Shown here piece after piece: positions 27,898 to 39,044 of a stretch of 64,000 nt of DNA. The stretch's first letter is position 1; the number at the start of each line of letters is the position of its first letter. The notes beneath the pieces were generated by a model. It was not told the origin of the DNA. It did no database searches and worked only from the letters and a program-made list of their open reading frames with translations. A program made the translations under genes and the position numbers. The stretch comes from an uncultured Candidatus Rokubacteria bacterium (GTDB lineage: Bacteria; Methylomirabilota; Methylomirabilia; Rokubacteriales; CSP1-6): the NCBI GenBank assembly GCA_963747235.1, contig CAVVEU010000003.1:1-64000 (forward strand), given 5' to 3'.

Positions 27898-28862
27898 GGA
27901 ATCAGCAGGATCTTCCCCGTCGTCTTGCGGCCCTCGAGCTGGCGATGGGCCTCGGCGGCCTGCTCCAGCGGGAACTGGTGCTCCACGCGCAGATTGACCT
28001 TCTTGTCGCGGATCCATCCGAGCAGCTCGGTGGAGCGCTGCATCAGCTCTTCGCGCGAGGCGATGTGATGGTTGAGGCTCGGGCGTGTGATGAAGAGCGA
28101 GCCGCCCGCGTTCAGGCGCTGCAGATCGAGCGGCGGCACCGGGCCGCTCGCCGCGCCGAAGAGGGCCATGAGCCCGCGCGGGCGCAGGCAGTTGAGCCCC
28201 TTGTCGAAGGTGCTCGCCCCGACGCCGTCGTAGACCACGTCCACGCCGCGGCCGCCGGTGATGCGCTTCACCTCGGGCTCGAAATCCTGCTTGGTGTAGA
28301 GGATCACGTGGTCGGCGCCGGCCGCCTTCGCCAGGGCCGCCTTCTCCTCGGTGGACACGGTGCCGATCACGGTCGCGCCCCGCATCTTGGCCATCTGGCA
28401 GAGCAGCAGCCCCATGCCGCCCGCCGCGGCCTGCACCAGCGCGGTCTGGCCCTTCTGGAGCGGCCAGGTGGAGGTCACGAGGTAGTGCGCGGTGAGCCCC
28501 TGGAGCATCGCGGCGGCGCCGTCCTTGAACGTGAGCTCCTTCGGCAGGGCCACGAGGCGGTCGGCCGGGACGGAGAGCATCTGGGCGTAGGAGCCGATCA
28601 CGCCGGTCCACGCCACGCGGTCTCCCACCTTGACGTCGGAGACGCCCGCGCCGACCGCGGTCACGGTGCCCGCGCCCTCCATGCCCGGGGTGAGCGGCAG
28701 CGGGGCCTTGTAGGCGCCGGTGCGGAAGTACACGTCGATGTAGTTCACGCCGCAGGCTTCGAGCTTCACCTGGGCCTGGCCCGCCGCGGGCGCGGCGGCC
28801 GCCACTTCCTCCAGCTTCATGCTCTCCGGACCACCCGGAGCGTGCACGCGAATCGCCTTCAT
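27894..28862 (-). CDS. qor: NADPH:quinone oxidoreductase
   Basis: GVNYIDVYFRTG, AAAGGMG, GRKTTGKILL. Confidence 0.92.
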   Translation of the reverse strand: MKAIRVHAPGGPESMKLEEVAAAAPAAGQAQVKLEACGVNYIDVYFRTGAYKAPLPLTPGMEGAGTVTAVGAGVSDVKVGDRVAWTGVIGSYAQMLSVPADRLVALPKELTFKDGAAAMLQGLTAHYLVTSTWPLQKGQTALVQAAAGGMGLLLCQMAKMRGATVIGTVSTEEKAALAKAAGADHVILYTKQDFEPEVKRITGGRGVDVVYDGVGASTFDKGLNCLRPRGLMALFGAASGPVPPLDLQRLNAGGSLFITRPSLNHHIASREELMQRSTELLGWIRDKKVNLRVEHQFPLEQAAEAHRQLEGRKTTGKILLIP

Positions 28863-28875
28863 GGCTCGGTCCTCC

Positions 28876-29286
28876 TCAGACCTTCAGCAAGGTGCGCAGC
28901 TCGGTCACCACGTCCTGGCGCTCCATGTAGCGCGCCAGCTCGTTCATCTGCTCGTCGAAGAAGACGATCACGGGGATCGTGCGGTAGAGCCCCCGCTTGA
29001 GGTACTGGTCCATCACGTCCGGGTTCGCGTCGCGCAGGAAGACGCGCATCTCCACGTCGGGTGCCCCCTCCACCAGCCGGGCGACGGCGGGGAAGCCGAC
29101 CAGCGCGTCGCCGCACCAGTCCTCGGTGATCACCAGGACCTTGAGCTTGCGTCCGCGGATCGCCTCGCGGTCGGCGGGGGTGATCGGGGCGTCGGCCATG
29201 CGCTGCTCGAACCGCTCCTTGTTCGTGCGCATCTGCGCCAGATATTGCGCGAAGGTCAGGCCCTGCGCGAACCGTTCCGGGGTCAC
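28876..29286 (-). CDS. Thioredoxin-like protein (single Cys, WCGD)
   Basis: VITEDWCGDA...RTIPV. Confidence 0.8.
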   Translation of the reverse strand: MTPERFAQGLTFAQYLAQMRTNKERFEQRMADAPITPADREAIRGRKLKVLVITEDWCGDALVGFPAVARLVEGAPDVEMRVFLRDANPDVMDQYLKRGLYRTIPVIVFFDEQMNELARYMERQDVVTELRTLLKV

Positions 29287-29308
29287 CGTCGCGGGATCCT
29301 TTCCGGCT

Positions 29309-29899
29309 CTAGCGCATGGTCGAGAGATCGACCGTGAACTTCGCCACGACCTTCTCGTCGCCGTCCCGCACCAGGAGGGTCACGGTGGCCCGCGGATCCA
29401 GGCCCTCCGCCGGAAACACGTACAGGCAGCGCGCGGTGAACTTCCCGTCCTCGCCGCGCAGCGCGGTCCGCTCGTTCTGGGTGAAGGACGCCTTGATCTC
29501 CTGCTGCCGTGCCACCAGCGCGGGCGTGTAGAAGCGGGCGAAGTCCACCTTGGACCCGCGCAGGGTCGCCCACACGACGACCTTGCCCTGCTGGTTCTTC
29601 AGCACCGAGTCCACGTCGCGTGGCTTGAGCTCCTTGTCCTGGAAGGCGGAGTTGCGCGCGGCCAGGGCCAGCCGGTGGAACGGGGTCATGACGGTGACGA
29701 GCTGGCCCTCGCCGCCAGTCACCCGCCACTCGCCGCCCCAGCTCTCCGTGGTCACGCTGCGCCGCCCGACCCGCACGGCTTCTTCGCGGTCCGGCGGCGT
29801 GAGGGTGAACAACGCGGCGTCGAGGGGAGCGCAGCAGATCAGCGACAGGCAGGCCGCCATCACCGAGCACCACCACCGGCATGAGCGAGCCCGCCTCAT
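29309..29899 (-). CDS. Exported hypothetical protein
   Basis: Signal-like N-terminus; TGCTACAAT 8 nt before ATG 29899. Confidence 0.65.
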   Translation of the reverse strand: MRRARSCRWWCSVMAACLSLICCAPLDAALFTLTPPDREEAVRVGRRSVTTESWGGEWRVTGGEGQLVTVMTPFHRLALAARNSAFQDKELKPRDVDSVLKNQQGKVVVWATLRGSKVDFARFYTPALVARQQEIKASFTQNERTALRGEDGKFTARCLYVFPAEGLDPRATVTLLVRDGDEKVVAKFTVDLSTMR

Positions 29900-29957
29900 G
29901 TGCGCGGATTGTAGCACAGCGATTGCGGCTTCCCCGGGCCGGCGGTATCGTGAATTC

Positions 29958-30512
29958 ATGCGCTGGCTCCGGCTGGTCCTGCTGGCAACTCTGGTCGGTG
30001 GCTGCGCCACCGCGTTTCCCGAGTCGGTGATGCGCACCGTGGACAGCCGGATCACCGCCGACGAGCTCGCGAATCAGCCGGCCGCCTTGAAAGGCGCCCG
30101 CGTGATCCTGGGCGGCGACATCCTGGCGGTCCAGCCCCGCCCGGGCCTCACCGAGATCGAGCTCCTGACGCGGCGGCTCCGCGGCGACGACTCCCCGGAG
30201 CGCAGCGACCGGTCTCCCGGCCGTGCGCTGCTCCACACGCCCGAGTTCCTCGATCCCGCGGTTTACGCTCCGGGCCGGCGCGTCACGGTGGTGGGCGAGG
30301 TCACCGGCGTGGAGGAGCGCAAGATCGGCGAGGTCCCGTATCGGTATCCGGTGATCACGGCGGAGCGGATCCGCCTCTGGCCAAAGGAGGTCGTGGTGAG
30401 CCCCGGGTACTATTCATATCCCTGGCCATATCCGTGGGGATACGGCCCGTACGGTTACTATGACCCCTTCTACATCGGCCCGCGCCGGTACCATCCCGGC
30501 TGGTGGTGGTGA
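29958..30512 (+). CDS. Slp-family outer-membrane lipoprotein
   Basis: Lipobox VGGC; VILGG, FLDPAVYAPGRRVTVVG, YRYPV; Tyr/Trp/Pro-rich tail. Confidence 0.85.
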   Translation: MRWLRLVLLATLVGGCATAFPESVMRTVDSRITADELANQPAALKGARVILGGDILAVQPRPGLTEIELLTRRLRGDDSPERSDRSPGRALLHTPEFLDPAVYAPGRRVTVVGEVTGVEERKIGEVPYRYPVITAERIRLWPKEVVVSPGYYSYPWPYPWGYGPYGYYDPFYIGPRRYHPGWWW

Positions 30513-30518
30513 CCCGCA

Positions 30519-31810
30519 TCAGCGGCCGATCTGAACCTCCGAGAAGCTCGCGGGGTCGAGGTACTTCGCGGCGACCCGCTGCACATCGGCCGCGGTGACG
30601 CGCCCGATCCGCTCCTTGTAGCGCTCCGGGTAGTCGAGCCCGAGGCCGTTCTCCTCCACCGCCCCCAGGAAGCGCGCCAGCTTGCCCGAGGTGTCGAGCC
30701 GCAGCGGGAAAACTCCCGATCAGGTAGGACTTGGCGAGGGACAGCTCCCGGGGCGCCACCGGCTCCCGCGCGAGCCGCGTCATCTCCTCCCGGGTGAGCC
30801 GCACCGCCTCCACCACCCCGTCGGTCCGCGTCTGCAGCGAGACGAGATACGAGGCGCCGTGGCGGGCGGGACTGAGCGAGCTGTAGACCGAGTAGGCGAG
30901 GCCCCGCTCCTCCCGCACGCGCGTGTAGAGGCGCGAGGCGGAGCCGCCGCCGAGGACATACGTCGCCACCGCCAACGCAAAGTAGTCCGGATCATCCTGT
31001 TTGATACTCGGGCGTCCGAGCAGCACGGTGGTCTGGGTCAGGTCCCGGACGATCTTGCGCTCCTCGATGGCGGTGACGGTCGGCGCCTTCGCCACCGCCC
31101 CTACCGGAGCCGGCGGCGCGGCCCAGCCGGCCAGGCGCCGCAGCAGCTCGCGGCGGATCTCCTCCACCGTCACGTCGCCCACCGCCACGATGTTCGCCCC
31201 GTCCGGCCGGTAGTGGCGCTGGTAGAAGGCGATCACCTGCTCGCGCGTGATCCTCCCGACGGATTCGATGGTGCCGTAGACGGGCCGCCCGTACGGATGC
31301 CCCGGGAACATCATCCGGCTCAGCTCGCGGGCGGCCACGGTCTCGGGCTCCTGCTCGGACCGGCGGAGTGCCCCCTGGATGTCCGTCACCTTGCGCGTCA
31401 GCTCGTCGGGCGCGAACGCGGGCTGCAGCAGGACCTCGGCGAGGAGATCCAGCCCGAGCGCGAGGTCCTTCTTGAGCACCGACAGCGTGACGGTGGCCCC
31501 GTCGCTCCCGGCGCCGGCCTCGAGGCTGCCTCCCACGAACTCGATGGCGCGATCCAGCTCCGGGCCGGTGCGCCGCGCGGTGCCGCGCGTGAGCAGCGCG
31601 GCGGTGAGGTTGGCGACGCCGAGGGCGTCGGCCGGATCGTGACGCGGCGCCGGCGGGCACGCCCACGCGCACCACCACGATGGGGATCGCGGGCCGCTCG
31701 GCCACCAGGAGCACCGCGCCGTTCGGCAGCGTCTCGCGGTGCGCCAGCGGGCCGGCCGCCTGCGCGGGGCCGGCGAGCAGGAGCAGCAGCACGGCCAGGA
31801 TCACTCGCAT
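30519..31810 (-). CDS. M16B peptidase, non-catalytic subunit (frameshifts near 31640 and 30710)
   Basis: Signal peptide; LPNGA; no HxxEH; GGGSASRL..VREERGLAY. Confidence 0.85.
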
Positions 31811-31824
31811 GAGGGCCTCTCTCG

Positions 31825-32953
31825 TCAATCGAGCTGTTTGCGGAACTTGAGCACGGCCAGGGAGAACACGACCGTCCCGAAGATCACCAGCGGGATGAGC
31901 GAGGGCCACAGGTACTCGAAGCCCACGCCCTTGAGGATGATGCCGCGCACGATCTTCAGGAAATAGGTGAGCGGGATGATCGCGGCCAGGTACTGCGCGC
32001 CGGCGGGCATGCCCTCGATCGGGAAGAGCAGCCCGGAGAGATAGATGGACGGCAGGAACGTGAGGAACGCGAGCTGCATGGCCTGCGGCACCGTGCGGGA
32101 GGCCGCCGAGAGCAGGATGCCCACGCCGAGCGTGCCCATCATGAAGACGAGCGAGAGCGCGTAGAGGAGCGGCAGGCTGCCCCGGATCGGCACGTCGAAG
32201 ACGTAGTGGGCGACCAGGAGGGCCATGGTCATCTGGCCGAAGGCCACCAGCAGGTTGGGCACGATCTTGCCGAGCAGCAGCTCCCAGCGCCGGATGGGGC
32301 TCACGATCAGCGCCTCCAGCGTGCCCTTCTCGCGCTCGCGCACCACCGAGACCGCCATCGCGGTGATGGTGGTCTGCATGAGCAGCGCGCCGATCAGCCC
32401 CGGCACGATGAAGATCGCGGAGACGAGATCCGGGTTGTACCAGGCGCGGACCCGCACGTCCACCGGCGGCTCCGCCTGGCGCGAGAGCCGCGTGCCCTCG
32501 AGCGTCCGGGTCAGGACCTGCAGCGAGCGCTGGGCGCCGAGCGAGGTGGCCGCGTTGAGCGCGGAGGTCGCCACCAGGGGATCGGAGGCGTCCACGATCA
32601 CCTGGATCGCGGCGTCCTGCCGGGTGAGGCGGCGGGCGTAGTCGGGCGGGATCACCACGCCGACCTTGGCCTCGCCCGAGTCGATGAGGCGCGTCAGCTC
32701 CTTGTGGCTGCTCACGCGCCGCCGGACGTCGAAGTACTGGCTGTTCTCCATCGCCTCCAGGAAGCGCCGGGCCTCGAGGCTGCCCGACTGCTCGAAGACC
32801 GCGGTGGGGATGTGCTTGACGTCGGTGTTGATGGCCCAGCCGAAGATGAACAGCATGCGCCACCGGCACCGCCAGGGCCAGCACGAGCGCGAGCATGTCG
32901 CGCTGGAGGTGGATGAACTCCTTCACGATGATGCCGAGGAGCCGCGAGGCCAT
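31825..32953 (-). CDS. ABC-2 permease, YbhR/S-like (frameshift near 32860)
   Basis: WYNPDL, REREKGTLEAL, PLTYF. Confidence 0.88.
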
Positions 32954-33977
32954 CTACCCCTCACCCTGCCCTCTCCCCGGAGGGGAGAGGGCGAGCGCGC
33001 GCAGCTGCTCGCGCAGGCGGGCCTTGCGCTGCTTGTCCACGAAGGAGACGAAGAGATCCTCGACCGAGGGCTCCACCTCCTGCACCCAGCGGACGTCGAG
33101 CCCGCGCGCCCGCAGGAATGTCGCTCGACGTCGCTGCGCGTCAGGGCGTGATCGCCCACCACCAGGCGCAGCCGCGCGCCGACCCGCTGCACCTCCTCGA
33201 TCGCGTCCCAGTCGGCCAGCACGTCGGCGGCGCGGCGCAGCTCGGCGGTCTCCACCTCGATGACCGGCTGGCGGAAGGTGGTCGGTCTTGATGGACGCGG
33301 GCGAGCCCTGGGCGATGAGCTTGCCCTGGTAGATGAAGCCGAGGGTGTCGCAGAGCTCGGCCTCGTCCATGTAGTGGGTGGTGACCAGGATCGTGGTGCC
33401 CTCGTCGGCCAGGCGGCGGATCAGGCCCCAGAAGTTCCGCCGCGAGACCGGATCCACGCCCGCGGTCGGCTCGTCGAGGAAGATGAGCCGCGGCGCGTGC
33501 ACGAGGGCGCAGGCCAGGGCCAGGCGCTGGCGGTAGCCGCCCGAGAGCGTGCCCGCGAGCTGATGCTCGCGGCCGGCCAGGTCCGCGAGCTGGATCATCT
33601 GCGCGATTCGCCCGCGCGCTGGGTCGCGCGCGGGACCTGTAGACGCGGGCGTAGAACGTGAGGTTCTCGTTCACCGTCAGGTCGTCGTAGAGGGAGAACT
33701 TCTGCGACATGTAGCCGATCACCGACTTGATCCGCTCGGGCTCGGTGACCAGGTCGATGCCGAGCACGGTCCCGCCCCCTTCGTTCGGCGCGAGCAGCCC
33801 GCACAGCATCCGGAGCGTGGTGGACTTCCCCGCCCCGTTCGGCCCCAGGAATCCGTACAGCTCGCCCGCGCGCACCCGCAGATCGAGGTGGTCCACCGCG
33901 ATCCGGCGGCCGAAGCGCCGCGTCAGGCCCTGGGTGACGACGGCATAGCCGCCCGGGTTGACCTCAGGCTCAGTCAA
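32954..33977 (-). CDS. ABC transporter ATP-binding protein (frameshifts)
   Basis: GPNGAGKST, LSGG, FLDEPTAGVD, TTHYMDEAE. Confidence 0.88.
32957..32991 (+). repeat. REP family B copy inside a gene 3' end
   Basis: CCCCTCACCCTGCCCTCTCCCCGGAGGGGAGAGGG. Confidence 0.8.
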
Positions 33978-34968
33978 TATCGGCGTCCGCCGGCATGCCC
34001 GGCTTGAGGATGCCCTCCGGGTTGTCGACCGCGATCTTGATCCGGAAGACCAGGTTCACGCGCTCCTTCCGGGTCTGGACGTTCCGCGGGCGTGAACTCG
34101 GCCTCCGAGGCGATCTCGGTGATCCGGCCGGGGAACCGACGGGCCGGGTAGCCGTCCACCGCGACCCGCGCCGGGCTGCCGACCTTGATCCGGGCCACCT
34201 CTTCCTCGGGGACATAGGCCCGCACCCAGATGTCGGACGGCTTCATGAGGGTCAGGATCGGCACCCCCGGATTGGCCAGCTCCCCCACCTCGAGGTTCTT
34301 ACGAAGCACGACCCCGTCAAGGGGTGACAAAATGGTCATTTCCTTGAGGCGCGTCTTGCGCCATGTCGAGCGCGTTCCGGGCCTGGGCGAGCTGACCAGC
34401 GCGCGGCCTCGACCTGGTCGGGGCGCGAGCCCGCCTCGAGCAGCAGGAGCTTCTGGCGGGCCGACTTCTCCTGGGCGGTGGCCACCTCGTAGGCCTGGCG
34501 CGCCCGGTCCACCTCCTGGGCTGCGATCAGGGTCTGGCGGAAGAGGCCTTCCGCCCGGCGGAAGTCGCGCTCGGTCCACTCCCGCGTGGCCGCGGCGCTC
34601 TGGAGCGCCGCCCGGGCGTCCTCCATCTCTTCACGGCGCGCGCCCGCCAGCAGGTCGTTCAGGGTGGACTGCGCGGTCCGCACCGCGGCTTCCTGCCGCC
34701 GCACCTCCGCGGCCTGCTCGGCCTCGTCGAGGCGCACCAGGAGCTGGCCCGCCGCGACCCGGTCGCCCTCGTTGACCGGGCGCTCCGCGATGCGGCCGGC
34801 GATCTTGGCGCTCACGTCCACCTGGATGGCCTCGATGGTCCCGGTCACGCTCACGACGGGCTTGCCGTTGCCGGACCCGAAGAGCCGCCCGCCGTAGGCA
34901 TAGGCCAGCCCCAGGACGAGCAGGAGCGTGAGGACCAGAGGCACCCCCTTGGCCAGCCGGGAGGCCAT
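33970..34968 (-). CDS. HlyD/YbhG-family membrane fusion protein (frameshifts)
   Basis: N-terminal TM, GTIEA..VSAKIAG, SPLDGVV, AEFTP, LKPGMPAD. Confidence 0.88.
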
Positions 34969-34994
34969 CGGGCTCACCCGGGAAGCCGGAGCGC

Positions 34995-36375
34995 TCACCG
35001 GGAGGCCGGGGCGGCCGGCTCCGGGGGCAGCAGGATCGAGACGTTCTTGCGATCGAGGGCGAAGTAGGTGCGCGCCACCCGCTGCAGGTCGGCGGCGGTG
35101 ACCGCGCGGAGCTTCGGCAGGTAGTCGTCGAGCAGGCGCCAGGAGCCGAGCATCTCGAAGCGCCCGAGCACCGAGGCGCGGGAGAAGACCGAGTCCTGCT
35201 GCCAGACGAAGGACGCCTCGATCTGGTTGCGCGCGCGGGCCAGCTCCTCCTCCGGCACCACCTCCTGCTTGAGCCGCTCGATCTCGGCGAGCAGGGCCTG
35301 CTCGACCGCCTCGGGCGCCTGGCCGGGCAGCGGCGGCCGCGTAGAACCAGAAGAGCGACGGGTCCAGCGAGAAGTAGGAGTAGTCCCCGCCCGCGCCCAG
35401 GACCATGCGCTGCTCGTAGACCAGCTTCTGGTAGAGCCGGGAGGTGCGCCCGGACGACAGCACCGTGGACAGCAGCTCGAGCGCGGGGGCGTCGGGCGAC
35501 GTGTGGTTCGGCACGTGCCACGCGATGTTGACGACCGGGAGCTGCGCCTGCTCGCGGCGCACCACCAGCCGGCGCTCGTCGATGGCGGGCGGCTCGACCG
35601 CGGTCACCGGCGGCGGCGCCGGCCCCCGACGAAGCCCCGCGAAGTGACGGCGCACCATCGCCAGCGCGGCGGGGGCGCGGACGTCGCCCGCGATGACCAG
35701 GATCGCGTTGTTCGGCAGGTAGTAGGTGTCGTAGAACGCGCGCAGCTCGGCCCGGTTGATGCGGGCGATGTCCGACATCCACCCGATGATGGGCCAGCGA
35801 TACGGATGCGCCTTGAACGCGAGCGAGCTCATCGCCTCGTAGACGAGCCCGTCCGGATCGTCCTCCGAGCGCATCCGGCGCTCTTCCGTCACGACCTTCC
35901 GCTCGGAGTCGATCTCGGCGGCGTCGAGCAGCAGGTGCCGCATCCGGTCCGCCTCGATCCGGAGCACCAGGTCGAGCTTGTCCGCCGCGATGTTCGTGTA
36001 GTAGCTGGTCACGTCCTTGGTGGTGTAGGCGTTGTCGCGGCCGCCGTTCTCCTCGATGAGGCGCGCGATCTGCCCGCGGCCATAGGTGGGCGTGCCCTTG
36101 AACATCATGTGCTCGAGGAAATGGGCGAGGCCGGTCGCCCCGGGCCGCTCGTTGCGCGAGCCCACGCGATAGAAGACCTGCACCGCGACGATGGGGTTGC
36201 GCGGATCGTCCTGCACGAGCACCCGCAGCCCGTTCTCGAGCGTGGCCTCGGTCACCGCGAGCTGCTGCGCCGCGGCCGATGCTGCCGTCTGGCCCGCCGC
36301 GGGGCCGGCCCAGGCCAGCCCGCCCAGCAGCCCGGCCACGAGCAGCCGCGCCACCGGCCGCAGCCGGGCCTTCAT
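34995..36375 (-). CDS. M16B zinc peptidase, catalytic subunit (frameshift near 35335)
   Basis: Signal-like segment; TGLAHFLEHMMFKG (HxxEH); EERR. Confidence 0.88.
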
Positions 36376-37392
36376 GGCGCGCAGGAGATCCTTGAAGCCC
36401 GACATCTCGGCCTCGAAGTCGAGCTGGTCGATGTTCTCGCCATCGAGGAAGCGCCGGAGGGCCAGCCGCGGCGTGGCGGGATCGTTCAGCCCCGGGTCGC
36501 ACGTGGTGGCGCTCCGGATGCCGTCCCGCTCGAGCCAGGGCCAGTGCGCGCGCGACCAGCGACCGCTCGGATAGCAGAAGTGGCTCAGGCGCCGCCCGAC
36601 CACGGGCTCGAGCACGGCCCGGTTCGCGGCCAGCTCGTGCGCCACGGTCCGCTCCTCTTCCGGGAACTCGTGCGCGTGCGAGTGGAGCTGCAGGTCGAGC
36701 CCGGCCGCCGACACCTCGGCCAGCTCCCGCGGCCGCATCAGCGAGTACACGCGCTGCCGGCCGACGCCGTCGTGGTCCACGCCCAGCCGCTCGCCGACCG
36801 ACTTGGCGAGATGCGAGCGGTCGCTCTCCTCCCCCGCCGCCTCGCCCAGCGCGATGATCGCGCGCGCGGCCTCGTCACGGGCTCCGTCGACGCGCAGCGA
36901 GATCGGCCGATCGTAGGCCGCGGGCAGCCCGAGCCCACTCAGGTCGGCCGGCTCGCGCGTCGTCTTCCAGAGCATGTACTGGATCGCGATGTCGAAGACC
37001 GGAGTGTCGTGCTCGACGTAGTGCGTGGTGACGTACAGCGTGGCCGGGAAGCCGAACTCGCGCAGGAGCGGCCAGCCGTGCGCATGGACCCCCACCCACC
37101 CGTCATCGATGGTGATGACGGTGGCCCGCGGGGGCAGCGTGCCCCGCCCGAGGCCTTCGACCGCCTCGTCCAGCGGCAGCACCGGGTAGCCGTTCGCGGC
37201 CAGCCAGGCCAGGCGGCGCCGGAACGTGCCCGCGCTGATGAACAGCTTGGGGCGAAAGGCGCTCTCCTCGCCGGTCGCGAAGCTGTGATAGCAGAGGATC
37301 CGCAGGCGAGCCCGGGTGAGCCGACGGGCGATCCGGAAGAAGCCGAGGCCCTTGCCGAGGCCGAGAAACACGCGCTTGAGGGCACCCGTCAC
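36376..37392 (-). CDS. CE4 polysaccharide deacetylase (reads in frame into the M16 gene; 3' end uncertain)
   Basis: ILCYH, TIDDGW, LHSHAH, FCYPSG. Confidence 0.85.
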
Positions 37393-37407
37393 GATGGATT
37401 GATTATC

Positions 37408-38141
37408 CTATGCGGTCCCCCTGCCAGCAAGTTGACGGGCTTTCGTGAAGACGCGCTGGAGCATCGGCCGCGTGAGGCGTCCGGTGAAGGTGTTCTGCTG
37501 GCTCGGGTGAAAGCTACCCAGGAGCGTGATCCCGTCGGGCATCCGCGCGGTGGCGCCGTGGCCGAAGCGCGGCAGGGGCCGTGGCACCGCGAGCCCGGCG
37601 TCCCGTCGCGCGCGCAGGTAGGCGTCCCAGCCGATCTTGCCGAGCGCCACCACCACGCGCGTCCGGTCGAGCAGCGGCCAGCTCCTCCAGGAGAAACGGG
37701 CGGCAGCGGGCGATCTCGACGGGGGTCGGCTTGTTGGCCGGCGGCGCGCAGCGCAGGGTGGCGGTGATGTAGGCCCCGCGGAGCGCGAGCCCGTCGCCCG
37801 CGTGGGTGGAGGCGGCCTGGTTGGCGAAGCCGGCCTCGTGCAGCGCGCGGAAGAGCCAGTCCCCGCTCCGGTCACCGGTGAACATGCGCCCGGTGCGATT
37901 GCCGCCGTGCGCGGCCGGCGCCAGCCCCACGAGCAAGACGGTGGCGCGCGGGATCGCCGAAGCCCGGCAGCGGGCGCGCCCAGTACTCCTGCCCGCGATA
38001 GCGTCGCGGCGGCTCCGCGGCCACCGCTTCCCGGTGCCGCACGAGGCGCGGGCAGAGCCGGCAGGCGGTGATCCGCCGCGCGAGCCCGGCGAGCGCTTCG
38101 CCCCGCGACTTGTCCTCCGCCGCCGATTGCCCGACAATCAC
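37408..38141 (-). CDS. Family 5 uracil-DNA glycosylase, UdgB-like (frameshifts)
   Basis: [41 protein letters not shown]. Confidence 0.88.
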
Positions 38142-38170
38142 CCGGGCATGATAGCGATCGGCGTGAAGCC

Positions 38171-39034
38171 ATGACAAGCCGCGTTCCCGCGCTCATCGTG
38201 CACGGCGGCGCCGGCGCCGATCCCGGCGGGCGGGAGGAGCTGCGCGGCGGGATGCGCGACGCGGTCGGCGCGGGCTGGCGCGCGCTGGCCGCGGGCGGGA
38301 CCTCGCTCGACGCGGTGGAAGCCGCGGTCCGGAGCCTCGAGGATCATCCTCGTTTCAACGCCGGGCGCGGCTCCGTGCTGACCAGCAGCGGGACAGTGGA
38401 GACCGACGCCTCGATCATGGAGGGCGATCAGCTGCGCAACGGCGCCGTGGCCGCGGTCACGGGCGTGCGCAATCCGATCACCCTGGCCCGCCGGATCCTC
38501 GAAGAAGGCCGGCACTCCTTCTTCGTGGGCGCCGGCGCGGTCGCGCGCGCCCGCGCGCTGGGCGTGCCGCTCTGCGATCCCGCCGAGCTCGTGACCGAGC
38601 CGCAGCGGCGGCGCCTGGCCGCGCTGCAGGCCGGCACGGTGGGTGCGGTGGCGCTCGACCGCTTCGGGACCATGGCGGCCGCCACCTCCACCGGCGGCAC
38701 GCCTGGCAAGCTGCCCGGCCGCGTGGGCGACAGCGCGCTCATCGGCTGCGGCACGTATGCCGAGAGCACGCTCGGCGGCGCCTCCTGCACCGGCGACGGC
38801 GAGGCCATCATCCGCGTCACGCTGGCGCGGCGGGCGCTCGATATCCTGAAGACCGTCGGCGAGCCGGGCCACGCCTGCGAGGTTGCGGTGAGCGTGCTGG
38901 TGGAAGAAGGCCGCGGTCAGGGCGGTCTCATCCTCGTGGACTGGCGCGGCCGGGTGGGGTGGGCCCGCTCCACCAAGCTGATGCCGGTGGGGTTCATGTC
39001 TCCGGCCCACGCCGAGCCCGAGCTGCCGTTCTGA
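38171..39034 (+). CDS. iaaA: Isoaspartyl peptidase/L-asparaginase
   Basis: IVHGGAG, FNAGRG, GTVGAVA, TSTGG, GRVGDS. Confidence 0.9.
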   Translation: MTSRVPALIVHGGAGADPGGREELRGGMRDAVGAGWRALAAGGTSLDAVEAAVRSLEDHPRFNAGRGSVLTSSGTVETDASIMEGDQLRNGAVAAVTGVRNPITLARRILEEGRHSFFVGAGAVARARALGVPLCDPAELVTEPQRRRLAALQAGTVGAVALDRFGTMAAATSTGGTPGKLPGRVGDSALIGCGTYAESTLGGASCTGDGEAIIRVTLARRALDILKTVGEPGHACEVAVSVLVEEGRGQGGLILVDWRGRVGWARSTKLMPVGFMSPAHAEPELPF

Positions 39035-39044
39035 TCGCGCGCGC

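Noticed and set aside
1471-37767. Long antisense or alternate-frame ORFs (e.g. 1471-3030, 5322-7265, 35227-37767)
   Set aside because: Shadow ORFs expected at high GC; Arg/Pro/Ala-rich, no motifs, opposite well-supported genes.
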